Shown here: positions 1-15,100 of the stretch, piece after piece
Position numbering within the stretch: the first letter of the stretch is position 1
Layout: every line of letters starts with the position of its first letter
Assembly (NCBI GenBank): GCA_030141605.1
Contig: JAQGDQ010000124.1
Span: 248,001 to 312,000, forward strand
Direction of reading: 5' to 3'
Source: Tubiluchus corallicola
Taxonomy: Eukaryota; Animalia; Priapulida
Length of the DNA stretch: 64,000 nucleotides
Notes under the pieces: model-generated
What the model was told of the DNA's origin: nothing
Database searches by the model: none
Seen by the model: the letters and a program-made list of their open reading frames with translations, nothing else
Made by a program: the position numbers and the translations under genes

Positions 1-3000
1 CATTTGATCAATCACATTAAAATCTACCTTTACACATTTGCTATTACTGTACTTACTTTTATTGTTTTTAATTTAGCTCTTTTAAAATAATGTTCTTTGT
101 ATTGTTACGTTTATTTAGCTTCTACAATACAGAAATTAATCATAGACTAAATTCGTTGTTTAGTGATGCATGTATATATTGTATTTATAGCGCAATTAAT
201 GAAATAAATACATTTTACAAACGCATTTAGTCTGTTATTATTATTTACATATAAATAATCCACATTATACCCTAATCCATTATAATCTACTGATTACAGA
301 ACAAATTGCAATAAGTTTAGTAAAGGGAAAATAGAAAAACGATTTATCTTTTAATTATGCGACCTCCCACCACTATCAACATCCGCCCTCATTTCTGACA
401 ACAATAATTTAGCTATGTCAATATCTACCTATGATAAAAACTCGTCTAATGATGGTTATCAACAGCAAGGTGATTTACGCAGTTAAGTTTACTCGGGCAA
501 TTATAAAACCACTTTGGTCAGGTAAAAACAGGTAATACTATGGAAAGGTAAACACACTGTAAAAACCGAAGGCAGCCCGAAGATTTATCGTTTGCGTTCA
601 GCGCCCCACTAAAGTTATTTCACGTCCATTTTATTTCCGCTTCTAATTAAACTAAACGTACGGTAGATCAATTAATTTCTGTCAGTAAGAATGGACTGAT
701 AGTTGTCAAATTAATAGCTTAGAAATCTACACCTCAAGTGTAGTTTTATGCAAATTTAACTTGATAAGGAACGTTAAGATGATTGGTTTCGCCATCAATC
801 ACGGAAGGTAGAACGGCGGCTGATGCAAATTTATAATAAATGTAATTAATGTATACATTTTCATATGCTTTAAAATTGAATGTTTATACTTTGGGCTACT
901 TTTGTTTATTGCATACAGTCGTATTAATCCATTCGATTATTATCGATCCAATCTGACTCCATAACAAATGTACATTCACCACCCCTCACTTATGTATATA
1001 AGAACTAAAAATTAATTATAATGTTACATTTATATTTTTTAATTAATTACAGTTATACTGTAGTAATGTTTTACTAACATGTGAAAAGTGAACAAAATTC
1101 TAATTCTGTAATCTCACAGGATAGACTAGGCACAAAAATAATATGCTCAACGTCGTGTTCTAGACCAGGTATCAAAAAAAGTTTTCGGATTTATTTCAGC
1201 AAAAACGAACAGACAGACAGACAGACAATCTTCAAATCTTCCGTTTCAACATTTTCCAAATTTTATTCTGCTCTTAGGAAGAATAGCAACAGTGCGTAGT
1301 AAAAAACTATCTTAGCATGTTAGTACATCTATGTTATGTATGTTACACTTGTGATCAATAATTTGTATGGGTGGTTCTGTCATTCACAGCTTCAGATCTG
1401 GTGTTACCACGACTGTTTAGACTGCAAGCAGAGATCATACGAGATCAAATGAACGCCCGGGTAACGCGGGCGCCTCACCGGCGTGCATAAAGTACATCTT
1501 ACAACTTTTAATTAAGCAGTTTTCGGCAAATGATGAAAGCCTTATTGGACTGTATCAACAGTTCCCCGAAGAACTGGTTTTATTGTTAGCGAAACATCTT
1601 GCAGGTTTTATAATCAGCACTCGAAACTACTTGTGTGGTTAACTTGTACAAGAGCGGATATGATCTAATACACGATGACAGATATAAAATAACAACAAAA
1701 CTACCAATGCAATGAATGCATGCGGAGTGTTCTCACCGAATAAAAATTAACTAGTAATGATCACAGGCGTCAAGAGGAAAATCTTGTGTCAGAAGTACTT
1801 AAATTTGATCAAAATTAAAAACATTAGAAACGTTAAATGAGTTGGGCGTACGTAAAAATTCGTTAACAAAGCAAACCTGATTTTAAGGCGAGAAAAACAT
1901 ATAGTTCTGAAATGTGCCACTAAACGTGACGTCGCATACATAAGAATTTTTAAAGAGCGTATTTTATAAATTTATGCACAATATTCACAATTTGTGTGAT
2001 ATCGGGATGCACTAAAGACTACTTGTTAAGATATTGTGCCAGCAGGTTAGCAAAATAAAATTCGGGACTGCTAGCTGCTATTAGTTTAACCCAAAACCCA
2101 TCCACTAGAAATAACAGAAAAACTTAATTAATTCTCCCAACAAGTTCAAATGGCTTTCTCTAGTCAAAGCAAAACTTGAGAAAACTAATTCTGGATTATT
2201 GTGCCCGATTTTCAGCTAGAGACAACATTCAACAGACTCAGTATGATTGACAGGAGTCGGTATTTTTATTTGCGACAGTATTTAACTTACTTTAATTTTT
2301 TTAATTCATTTTAGTGTTAATTAAAACAAATTTAGTAACTACGTATAAACGTCTTTAGCCAGTAAGCTGGTTCATTATTATTAATTAAGTTGTCACGTAA
2401 CGTCACGTTTTGTAAAAAAGCCAATGATTTACAGGTAAAATAAATCGAAAAATGGTCCGCAGCGAAAGATGATATAAGCAATGTACATTATACACCAAGA
2501 CACATATAAACCTAAACCTACGCAATACATCTGATAAAAAATTCAGGCAGCACACAGACTGGAAAACATTACAGATGACGTAAATGAAAACTCTGTAGAA
2601 ATGATTACATATGTTTAGTGTTGTTAACATGGTTCGTCACAGCAATTAATTTCTAGCTGCACTAGAATTGTAATAATTATTATACCACTTGTGTTTAACG
2701 CTTAACAATAAAATTAATATTTATGTAAAACAACATCAGCAACAATCAATACAGAGACTATAAAAAAAGTTACAAGTTTTGCAGTTAAAATTTAAACAAC
2801 TCACATTGGATTAGACGAGTTCCAGTGTATAGGTGCTATTCTAACAGTGCTGCCCGAATCCAGGCCGAGAGTTTCGAAAATAATTATCACAGTCAAGCAC
2901 AATACATGCGATTTCATGATTCCGTCATGTGTGTAGAAAAACACACGAATAGCGTACCCGCTCAGTCATTAAAATTTGTCGCCGTCGTCTTATTTTCAAA

Positions 3001-6000
3001 TTTTCATTGTTTTTTCACACAATACACTCACTTATGCATAAAAAGTGACATGCAGTTCATGTTTTGAAGTTTATGGTATAAAAAATTATAACCGCAAGTT
3101 AGAGCAAATGAGTGATTCCAACTATACCACTTTAGCAAGCAAATTCACGAGCTCAGTGCCACACAACAAACCGAGCACATTAACTACTTTGTTGTGACTG
3201 CTGAATGCTCTATGATTGGGTATCGGCTGCTGTACCGACGCTATGCCTAAAAACTTGTTTATTTGTAAGCCTACAGCGACATCATGTGGTGGGTGCCGTA
3301 ATGAAAAATAAGTCAACCAAGACGAAGATAATGCAACGATGTGGAGTTACTGGAGTACTATCGACGTATAAAGAAACTGTGTACACAGAGAAATTACGAT
3401 TAACGATCGTGACTGTGCTGAATAGATCTGGTACATTATCATCATTAATATTTGTTAGCAGTGAACAAAAACAGTACCTGGCAGAAGTATAAAAAAAACT
3501 TGCAGTTCGAGAAAATATGAAGCGACTGACAGAAAAAATGCTGTTGGAGAACTACACTTTTTTGTTAAGAGTGCTACTATTTCTTTGGAAAAACTTGATT
3601 GATTCATATTGGAACTAATTTTTCGTTATTATATGCTCAGTTAATACCCAACAAATAACATGCAAAATTCAGATCTAACCTCACAAAGTTACAAAACCTA
3701 CATTGATTCCTTTTTGCTTCAAAAGTGACTCAAGTTACTCAACTGTATGGTTTTTCCGCTTGTATTCTAACGTTTTTGGTTTAATTCCCAGCTCAATAAT
3801 AACTTTTTGCAAACTGAATACTCTAATAGCCATGGATAATTTTGTGTTTCATGGACAAAGTAAATGGATTGGTGCCCAATATCCATTGTGTCCAACTGTA
3901 TTCATTACCCTTTCTAAAAGGTTTCATTTGCAATGTTTTTTCTGTTTATTTTGCCTAAAAAAATCTAACCGCACTGTACTGTACTCATTATTTGGAACTT
4001 AATATACCTAACCTACTTACTATATATACGAGTTTATTTTGTTACTCGCAAATAACTCATTTCGTCGCATTGTTGTTCACGTTTTCATTCTTGTTCCTGT
4101 AATACAGAATTTTGTCATTTACTCATGGTGCATTAAACAATGCTTACTAATTTTTTCCTCAGAATTTGGATCCATGACAACTGTAAGCCATATCGATAAT
4201 CTGTTAACAACTAGCTTAATTACCATCATTTCAGCCAAATTTTTTATATAGTATTGATCATCATGTTCTGGAACGTGGCCACTAGGGAAAGAGAGAAAAA
4301 AGAGCAAGACAGAGATAGAGAGGGAGAGACAGACAGCAAAAAGAAAGTGAGAGAATGCCAAGTTGCACTTGCACCTTGACCGAAATGAGCCTGCGAGTGC
4401 AGGCAATGATAGTTTGGCAGCTGGGCAGAAAAAACCGAATGCTTCACATTCCGAACTAATTACCCCAAATTTTTGCGTAAAAAAGCAACATGTAAAAAAC
4501 AAAACACTCATTATAATCCGTACAAATTTATTATCTGGTGACAAGTACTATAATCACAGAATTTTTCAAATTTCATTGCTGCCATCATTTTCAGCAAAAC
4601 CTTAGTATTTACCTTGTGTGAAGAGGTGCAAGCATTATAACCTAAATGCACAATGATTCATAAGTGCATGTTTACAGAGTTCCGGAAAAACCTGGATTAT
4701 ATCGGTCTAGTAATAATATTCTCATTACGAAGGAGAGCAATGTATGCAATTGTAGCAAGCATTACAGAATTATATTTTATATAAAAAGTGATGAGCATAA
4801 TCAAGTTTCAAAGTTACTTACATTAATGTTACTTCATAATGCACCATAACGTCGTAGTGAAATGAATGAATCGGATCACATTTAAATTAACATTTCCACC
4901 CTATGCATTCCAACACATTTCACAATAATTGTCAACCTTAGAATTATGAAAATCGGACATAACAAGCACTACAAAAAAGTTATTGCACAAAAGTGACAAA
5001 CAGTAAAAGATGGCTGCCGTGTATTTTCCTCACAAAATGTATGCAAGTAATTGCCAATATAGATCAACATTTGTGACACACAACTACAACAACATACATA
5101 AAAGCTTCATGCTAAAACCTAATATAATTTCTAGTCATCTACTCCTTGACTGCATAGAGAACATTAATACTAAGGAGGCAGCAGCCTCGCCTGAGCTTAG
5201 TAAACTGCAGATGTACCGTAACTGACAAGTTTAGAGACAAAGTTAGACACTCAGACGCAATAATTTACTTAATACAAAGTGAAAATTACACTAACCAGAA
5301 TTGGCAACAGCCCATCAAAGTGGCTTGTTTTATAAAACTTAATAAATGTTAAGATAGTGATAAGACTATAGAACAACAAATTTCCTACAATGTGAAGGAA
5401 CACCATATGATAATGTTAATTAGGCTAGGCCATTCAATGGAAAGTTATCACATTATTTAAACAAGACATCGTTTATGTGAACACTGTCTTCTAATTACGC
5501 TGGTGAGGAGCACACAGTGTTGTCCATCAGCGTAAATAATACAGGTGTTACTGATTTGCTTTTTTTCATAAATGCGATAAACTAGTTTATATGAACTGCT
5601 TTGACTGACAAAACACATTGTATATGTATTACAATAATTTTATCACAACAAAATAATATGATCTGTAGAAAAATTTTTCTTCAGCAAACATGCTCAATTT
5701 ATCCAGGTGACATTCTACACATCAGCTCTTCACAATACACAGTAACAGCTCTGACACTTTCCCAAACGACTTTCCTCTTTACGAGACAAAGAGATCTGTC
5801 ATTCTTCTTCCCTATCTTACAAACAACTAAATTTGACATTTCGAAATACCTAAATTCTAAACTAAAGTTCCTTCAAAAAAGTAATTTTGATCTCCCAATT
5901 AAGTAATTAAAATCTCACCAACGATATATATATCACTAAGTTTCTATTTCTGATTTGATCACCACTTTTCTCAAATTTGCATTCAGAGGTAGCAAAACTT

Positions 6001-6169
6001 TAAACTTATTGATGATGTCACCTCTCAAAATATATCAGTTATGCATGACATAATGTATTCAAGCTGCATTTTAAAACACGCTGCATAGCTGAGAATGAAA
6101 TTGTGTATTAAGGCCCGTGGACATGTTCAAAAAGGTATCATAAAAGGAGATATTACTTCTAATAATGTC

Positions 6170-9100
6170 CTATTCTTTCCTAGGTTTCCGCCTTCGTGGT
6201 GATTTTTTACCTTCATCTACCTCTGCTTCCTCTGTGGGCTACAAACGAAAAAAATATTTACTAAACAATATGAGTGTACATCAAACAGCTTATGTACATA
6301 GTGCAACAAAGCAAGGTATTCAGACTACAAAGCAGTATATGCAATTGTAGTCAGCATTAGGAGTGAGTATCGAGCATTCAAATCGACATTCAAATTTTAT
6401 TCGAATGAGTTTTTTTAGTTCGAATTCGATTTGAACCTAAAATTATGGATTTGAATAATTTAACACTTCAACTACATACGTTCTTTATCATTTAAACATT
6501 CGATAGCACAGTTTAGCTGCGATTTCTGAGCACCATTTTTAAATAAATTACTGTGTTTTTACTGCAGAATAAATTCACATAATATCACTAATATGCACTA
6601 TCTTTGTGTTACCGTGCTTTTTATTAATCATTTGAAAATTTAGTCAAAAATCTTTAAACCTAAATTTGATTCGGATTCGAAATTCTGTTCGAGTCTTGTT
6701 TGAAATCCACAGACTCGATTCGATTTGAGTTTGCTTTCTAGTCAGCATAACAAAAAATAATAATTTCGTTTTTCAGGAACATCAATAGATGTTTGTCGTT
6801 TTGTACGCCGCATGTTTCCACCTGTTTGACATGATGTCGACAGCAGATGATAAAAATAGGGTATATGTCATATCAAATCATGTCATATTTGCAAAAAAAG
6901 ATTTAAACGAGATGAAAACTGCTAATAAGTCTTTTAGCAAAACGATTATCCAAAGTAAGGTTTAGATTTCCAAAGTTGCTCAATAATTTCAATAATTCCT
7001 GATATACTTTTCAAATAAATCAAGTACTCGTAGGCAAGTTACTTAGTTTTTGTTTAACAAAGCAGCATTTTATAAGCCTCATGCCAAATCTTTAACTTTA
7101 GAAGTTTTAGTCCTCACGTTTGTTTTTTAAATAACTTTCACACTTTTGACAAAATAGTAGAGGTTTGCTGCGGGCAACATAAATTCATACTAGACGATTA
7201 TGTTGTACCCATTTAGTTACAGTGTTAGCTAAGATTAGTAATTAGTAAGCTCGTATTTGTCTTTGTTACCTCGGTTTCTAGGTCAGCTTTTCGTGCAGAT
7301 TTCTTTTCAGGTTCGGCTGCATCTCCACCACCTCTATCGTCAGCATTTCCAATTTCCTCTTCAGCTTCGTCATTTCCACCTTCTTCCTCTTCCTCCTCCA
7401 CTACGTCATCTGGAGACGTTTCATCTGTCTTCTTCGTCCCAGCATCCTGTTTAACACATTCAACATGTAAATTAAGTAAGTTGATGCGGATGATGCACAA
7501 ATAAAGTTCATAACTTGACAATGAATTCAAAATTTACAACACTGAACAGCTACGAAAAAACTTATATATCAACTCGGCAAGTATATGTCTGTATACATGA
7601 ATATAATAATTTCTACATCACAGTTCCAGTAACTTTTATCATCTCCGTAGGGTTGCACCGGATCGGGATAGTGGTTGGGCAAAAATTTGGGCAGGATCCA
7701 AAAATTCTAGAACTAGTATATTTCGCTCACCAATCCTGCTTATCATACTTGTTACCAATGACGCCTCATAGTAATCATAACGGCTGTGATTTTAATCAAG
7801 TTTTTTTATAGAGTAAATAAATAAAAAACCAAACAAAGAAACAGCTAAATATGTATTTTAATGAAATACAGGACATATGTCAAAAAAGAGAGAATTATGA
7901 TCACAATTGCATGCAACTAATCATGCAATGTGTGAAACCTTTGCTTGTACTCTGCCACAGTGTACAGATTGCTACATTGGAGCAGACTTCATCTGAATGA
8001 GCACGTAAGTAAATGATTCAGATTCACTTTGTTTAAAAAATTTGACAAATTTGTCTAAATTATAAAGTCCTATCTTGGAAACACTTGTAAAAGCAGCATA
8101 TTACGTATTATCTTAAAGCATGTACTAAAGATTCTGAACTTTCAAAGGCTATATGCAAATTATATGTTATTATTGCAGCCAAATGAGACAATTCATTGCA
8201 CTTTCTAGCCTTCATTTTAGATCCAAAACGTGGAGAATTGAATCCTTTTCCAGCTCGAAACCGGCAAATGCGGATCCGGTGCACCCCTACTTCTCAGTAA
8301 CTAATACATGAAGTAAAGGTTGTCAATCTAGTGTGATCTCACTCATGATTTAAGTTTTTTCAGTAGTGGCAATGAAAGCTGTTCTGTGGCTCTTCGGGCC
8401 ACAAGATGACAGATCAAATGTTTTAAACACAGCAAATGCCAGATGAGTAGCTCCAAATTCCTATTTCTTATATATCATAAAACTATGATTTATACCTTTG
8501 TTGCTAAGTCATCAATTATACTTTGTCTATAATTTTGCTTATCGGCTGTCTATATTACGAAAATATGTTTGCTTATCAATCTAAAACAGTCCAGTAGCTA
8601 TAGACAAATGACTTGTTGAAAATTTGTGCACTATTGACCACGAGTCTATTATAAACAAAATCTTTCGCAGGGCTTTCACTAGTTATCATAGATGTACAAT
8701 ACAGCTTTTCTAGTCAGAATGGATACATTTAGTCATTTAAAAATTACACCAACTATACTAACATCCTCTTAGTAGCTTAAGAATCAAGGCAAAACTGACA
8801 CCTAAAATCATACCTTTGCTGGTGATGAAGAACAACAGTAAATAATAATTAGAGTCACAGGTAGCACTATCACAATGATGTAGACAGCCCATAGCCATGG
8901 ACGTTCATTAGTTGTTGCTATCAACCGTTGTATAACACTTTCCTGAATAATGAAATGAATTACACATCAATATCAGTGTGTGAGACCCGTTAACATTTAA
9001 AACAGTCATATTATTTATTCACGTTTATTTTGACAATTTAAAATTCTACTCTTTCGATCTGTAATTACATTTTGTGCCTTTGTATTTTAGTATCATCACT

Positions 9101-12100
9101 GTACTAATTGTTGCTTTTTTGACTTGATTTATAGTATTGACAATGACTATTACAGTCAAAATGATTGTCTATGCTGAATGAACATGTTGTTAAATTCTAC
9201 ATATTCTTTATCACAAAAACGTAAGCAACAACAACAACAAAAAAGATGTCACAGAAAAGAAAAAAAGAGCTCATGAGTTTGGCAATCAGTTCACTACTGC
9301 AGCATATCACCTAAGCTGCTCTAGCCAAAATCCAACATTAAATCAAAAAATGGTTTGTTGCTGTTAAAAACATTATAAAAATATGATTTTGTAACTACAG
9401 TCAAACCTCTTTATAACATCTACTTTCGGACTGCAAAAAAGTTTTCGTTATAGCGAGTTTAGCATTGTAGTGAAGTGCATTAAAACATACATGTCTTTGC
9501 AAATACAGATATTCTGTTTTGCTAAAAAAATTTGGCATTAAGCGAAGATGGCATTATAAAAAGGCGGGCGTTATAACTGTACATGTAAAGGATTCTGCAA
9601 AAGTCCTGAGAGTAAATGGATCAGTGACTGCTGACTGTTGTCCCACAAACTGATAACAAACACGATCAGAAAATACCAAAAATGTACGTTTGCCCGAAGG
9701 ACTAGTGACAATTGAAAATCCTTTGTTAATCCTTACAAACATTGGCTTCCACAGAAATTACAAATCAGAAAACTTGGGTCTCGAAGCAACTATAATTTAC
9801 TCTGGTAAGGTTCTGATAAATAAAAAACAAAACTTGAAAGTGGTTAATAGCAGCTCACGAAACTTATTATTATTAGTTTACTAATTCCTAGTTTAATTAC
9901 TGAAAGTGATTAAACAGATTGTTACAAACACATATTATAAAAAATTCTCGCTTTGAAAAATAGATAGAATAATCCCATCTGATTATATTACCAACAGGCA
10001 GGAACCTGTGCTCAACTAGGTTAACTCACTAATATAATTGTGTTGTTAACGAAAGTGGATTCCGGGGTTCGTTAAATTGTTTGATAAGAATTTAGCTACA
10101 AATGCTGCAAATTTGATCAGAATTAAAGAAACAAGTCGGGCACTGAATGGTTAACAATGCAAAGAAGTAATGGTTGAGCATATGTTATTGTCAAACATCG
10201 CAGTGTTGTGAGGTTTAGCACCACATAAAATGTATTAAAATATCGGGTTAGCGATTGAAAGAAAGCGACTTTTGATCCACTTTTTCTATGTTATTATGTT
10301 ACAATGTTATTTAGTAGATGGAAATGAAATTTTATTTTCCAAAAAGATGAATAATCTATAAGATTTACTAGTATTTAACCATTTTTATTCGAGTGAGCGA
10401 GCAATGATTTCTAAGCTAGCAGTACAAAATAAAATAAAAGCGGAATTAATTAAAAATACAAGGTAAAATTATAAACCTACCCCACCAGATGCAAAATCTT
10501 CCTCTCCCTTTTTAATGAAAAAACTATCTGTCGCCCATTGATCAGCTATGGCTTTATTGTCAGTGATTATGAAGTTGTCAAACAGTATTCCTTCACTCAT
10601 CGACCAAAGTTCAAGTGCTATTGCTGACTGCAATCAGAAAATGTTTTATTAAAGGAATTACAAATGTAATAAATGCACGGGGTTTCTTTTCATTATCTTT
10701 CTGGTTATAAAGCAACAAGGTATTTGAACTCATATACTTTAATCTAACCATGTAATAGAGAACAGGTGAACGCAAGTGTCACTTACAATAGGTGTCATCT
10801 TGTAAGGATGATCATCGTAGAAGTAATTTGGGTTCTTGATTCGCTGTGGCTTCCATTTTCCCTTGTAATTTGGATTCTCAATAAGTGGCGCCGACCACTT
10901 GCCTTTATATTTGGGATTATCAATCATTGGCGGTTTCCACTCTCCGCAGCCTACATCACATTTAGGATTAGGTATACTAGGTGCTTCCCATTCTCCGTCC
11001 ATCTCATCATCCCAGTCATCTGGCATCACAGCTTCCGGATCCGGAATCAGCTCAGGTTCATCATCTAGCCATCCTTCTGGTTTAGTAGCAGATTCATCAG
11101 GAATTTTTGCTGGCTGATTTTCGTCCCAGTCGTCTGGTTTTACAGCATTCGGATCTCTAATCCTACGCAATAGATATTCAGATGAGAAAATTTTAAAATA
11201 CAAGTAACAACTGGAAAAAAAATCATGATTGCAATTTTAGCATGACATTCATTAATATAAGTTAATCGTAGCTTTACTTTTCTTTTTCATCCCAGTCGTC
11301 AGGTTTCTTGTCGTTTGGATCATCAATTTCTTCTGGTGGATTCACTTCAGGTCTAAAATATAAAAACAGCAAATAAATGAAATACAGGTAAACCACATTT
11401 AATTTTTCAATTCACGCACTTTTTATCTTAATGCAAACTTAAGAAAAGGTGCAAGCCACAAAAACACAAGTTAATATATCTAACAATTTAAGCCTTGGTG
11501 AGTAAATGTAAACTATTTTATTAGCCGAGTTTTACAAATTTGGAGGCTGCAAAGCAAACTAGTGCCTAAATTAGTTATAATCCTCATTTTAGCATTAGAA
11601 ATTGTCGACAAATAAGGTGAGAATTATTTATTATTGAAACAAAACTTGTCTAAAAAAACTTCATTTCTCACTTAGATATGTTTCCTGAAACAGTCGGCAG
11701 TGAACCTGATTTTTTATCATAATTATGATCCGTATAACTGCACAAATTGCATGAAGCAAATTTCTCATTAGTACATTTGCAAACAGTGGTTTATAATTCC
11801 CTAGCCCAGATTTGTTAAATTAATTTGAGATTACGTCTTTATAATTGGCTACTTTGGCAAAGGTAATTACAGTAGGAGCCGCTTAATAGACTCATTTTGG
11901 GATGGAAATATCTTGACCAAATTAACCAACTGAATCAATTAGCCGACGGATGTAACATATTATTGCTATAGAAGTATGAGTCATCACTCATCAGCTTAGT
12001 ATGCATTGTAAAGGATTTAAACGAATTTACAAATAAATTAATGTCCAAATTCCTATGTGCAATTATTATTTTAAGAATATTAATTTATATAAATAAATAA

Positions 12101-15100
12101 ATGAAACAGAAAATAAAAAATCGCTCAAATCTGATTATTGCCATTAAAAATTACAAAAAATCGGTGGCTTCATTTCTTCATGAAGACGTTTGTTTACGAA
12201 ATTCTGATACTGATAAAAACATTGAAAATCTGTTTTTGTGTGCTGTATAGGTTCATGCAAAACACATAGTCACTTAGTGTTTGAGCTACAGTTGGTGATG
12301 ACCTTGTTTCCCCTGTGAAAAGCAGCGGCAGGTCAGGAGCTTCAAAAGCAAACCACTGAGCAAGTAATTAAATGTTGTCGAAACAACGAGGTTAACTGCA
12401 GTGGGCGAGCGGGTGATACATTCAAAGCAAAACCACTAGGCTAGTATAATAACGCGTATGATAAACGTACGTGCTTGCAAACAAAGCTGTACTTAACATG
12501 ACTGTTTCTACCTATGTATAGTGCACAAAAGCAAAGCAAAGATGAGATAAAAGTAGTAAAAGCTCTTTGATCACACACTAAGTAAGTGAAGGAAAATATT
12601 AAGTCAATGATGCAGAGTTATTTGAGTCAATTACCGGCAGTTTTTATATATATTTCAATAGGAGCAATCCGTACCAGGCATTTTTGAGTCAATTACGTGA
12701 CTGATTCTATTGACCGTGAGTCTAATAAACAGCACTTACTGTAATACATTTTTGTCCACATTTTAAAAGTTTCATGAAAAATGAACGGCAAGACAACAGC
12801 ACGAACACAGACTAGGTTTTGTCTCACATAAGCTAAAAAGCACACTAACAGTTGTTTCAGGGAGTGTTCAATGAATCATTTATGTATGTTCTCCAAAGAG
12901 ATAGGGAACTAACTAATGCAAGTTATAATAAAGTACTAATTTAACTAAAAACTTTGGCATTGTTTCAAGAAGTGAATAAAACTGATTGAAACAATAGTGA
13001 TGAATGTACATACGTGAAATCCTCGAGTAAATTGCCCGTGTTGACAACTGTGTTATCAATAAATATCTCAAAGCTGTTGTCCGATGCCACAACTACAAAG
13101 AAGCAATATGCCAATTATTATTGTTCAACTAACCAAATTGCTTGCGAGTTATGATGCAACAAGTATCAAAAAAGAATAAGCACAGTAATCGAGCGCAATA
13201 ATAATAATATTAATATTAAGTGGTTTGTATTTTGTCAAAAGAGTTTTACTTGCCTAACGTATACAAATGTGTTTTCTTGTCTGAAAAATACTTTTCTATG
13301 CTTACTGTTGGCCTCTTGGCATGTTTCTCCTGAAAAACACAAAACATACTGAAACATTTAAAATTGTTTTACAATTACCTGATGATTTATCAGCTAGCAT
13401 TACTACAAATAAAGTACAGTAAGTCCTCGCTTAACGATGCTAACGCGTTCCAGCAAAACACGATATTAAGCAAAACATCGTTAAACTAAACCAAAACTTC
13501 CATGGAAAGTAATGTAAAAGAATTGAGATAGGTTCCAGCGGTCAAAATCAATGCTGCTTAAATCATACAAAAAAATGTTTTGAGTTTTATTCATATTTCT
13601 ACTGATTAATTTCTTTCTGCTTGCTTGAAACCATCTATCTTTCTTACCAATTCCTAGCTAGTGGTCTCTCTTTCGTTAAGATTGTGAAGCTTAAGCAGCG
13701 ATTGAATAATAAGCACAGCATAGTCAAAGTCAAGCTTTGAGGCAACCTTGAGACAATTTCATCTAGATTCTTAATCTGGTTGCTATACCAACAGCTTGCA
13801 AGCAAAATTCATTCGCATAAAGTTTGAACCCATGTGGCTATAAATCGTAAATAGAACTTGCTTAATACAAACGACTACCAGTTAGTAGTCAGTCAGGAAG
13901 CATAAACAAACCAATTGTACTGTTTTAATTAGTAGTGTGTTTTTAGAACAGAACATGTGCTGTTTTAATGCTTCAAATTAGGCAAAATTGTTGTTGATAA
14001 AATAAAAACTGGGTTTGAGCAAAGTAAAAAAATTGTCGTTAAGGGAAAAAAGGTGTCAAATGTTCAACGTCATTAAAAGGAGAGTCGTTAAACAAGAACT
14101 TACTGCATACAATTTTTAATTCATTCAATCAACTACTATTCATAAATACCCTCAGCAAAAAAGTTAAATACAACAACCACGACACTGCACAGATAAATCA
14201 GCGAATAATGTCAATTAAATTTTCAATTATATGATTTTGAATGAGATATGTATAACACGAAAATGAAGCAAATAAACTTGGTAACTTCTTATTCGCACAT
14301 ATGCAGTCTCTCATAAATACCTCAAAAACTCCAGTTTTGGGGTTCTTGTGTCGGAAAATGAAATGCAATTTGGCATCGTTACCACATTTATCTGGACCAA
14401 ACATGATTGTGTAAGGCGTTTTATCAGTAATTTCAGTCAGTTTAAGTTTATCATCTTCACTGAGCAACTTGACGTAAGCACCACCACAATCAAGTGCATT
14501 CTGAAATTTCACTTCATACCTGTCACAAAAAATTAACATTATACTGTAGTAGAATAAAGTACTAATGACACTGTAAATACCAACGATATACAATTTCACA
14601 ATATAATTAAAAGTAACTTATAGATTAATTAAATATTATAAGACATTTTAATTGTAATATCACTTCTTAATTAAGAACAGCAAATGGTTAGTTTGTGGAA
14701 AATTAAAAAAAAAGCAGTAACGTGTCTTTAAGTTATATTTGGAGCAGTGCTCCAGATATTTTCAAGCTTCGAAACTTACACAAACAAGTTTGGAAAAAGT
14801 TTACAGATTGGAAAAGTAGAGCACGAAACTTAGATTATGATGTCACATTCCACCTGTTTTCCAACTTTGAACCCAAAACTAGCAATTTTAAGTGAGATTA
14901 GCTTTTGTCAGCTCCTGTGCTGATATTCCAGTTCTTCTCAGCCCACTTCTAAGTGTATCAATGACTATCTGTCGAGTGATTATAGAAAATGAATATAAAT
15001 ACCAACATAATTTTCCATAATAGATGCATTACCATACTTACTGCATAACAAATGGTTTTCCCAAAAACGTGTATGGTTTGTCTAGCATGGCTGAAATGGC

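Noticed and set aside
1150-1490. Helitron/Helentron remnant (CAGA microsatellite and GC hairpin CGCCCGGGTAACGCGGGCG)
   Set aside because: No CTRR terminus at the expected spacing and no definable boundaries.
10766-11117. + strand ORFs of 100 and 72 aa (also 7257-7454 and 14348-14536)
   Set aside because: Antisense shadows of calnexin exons.
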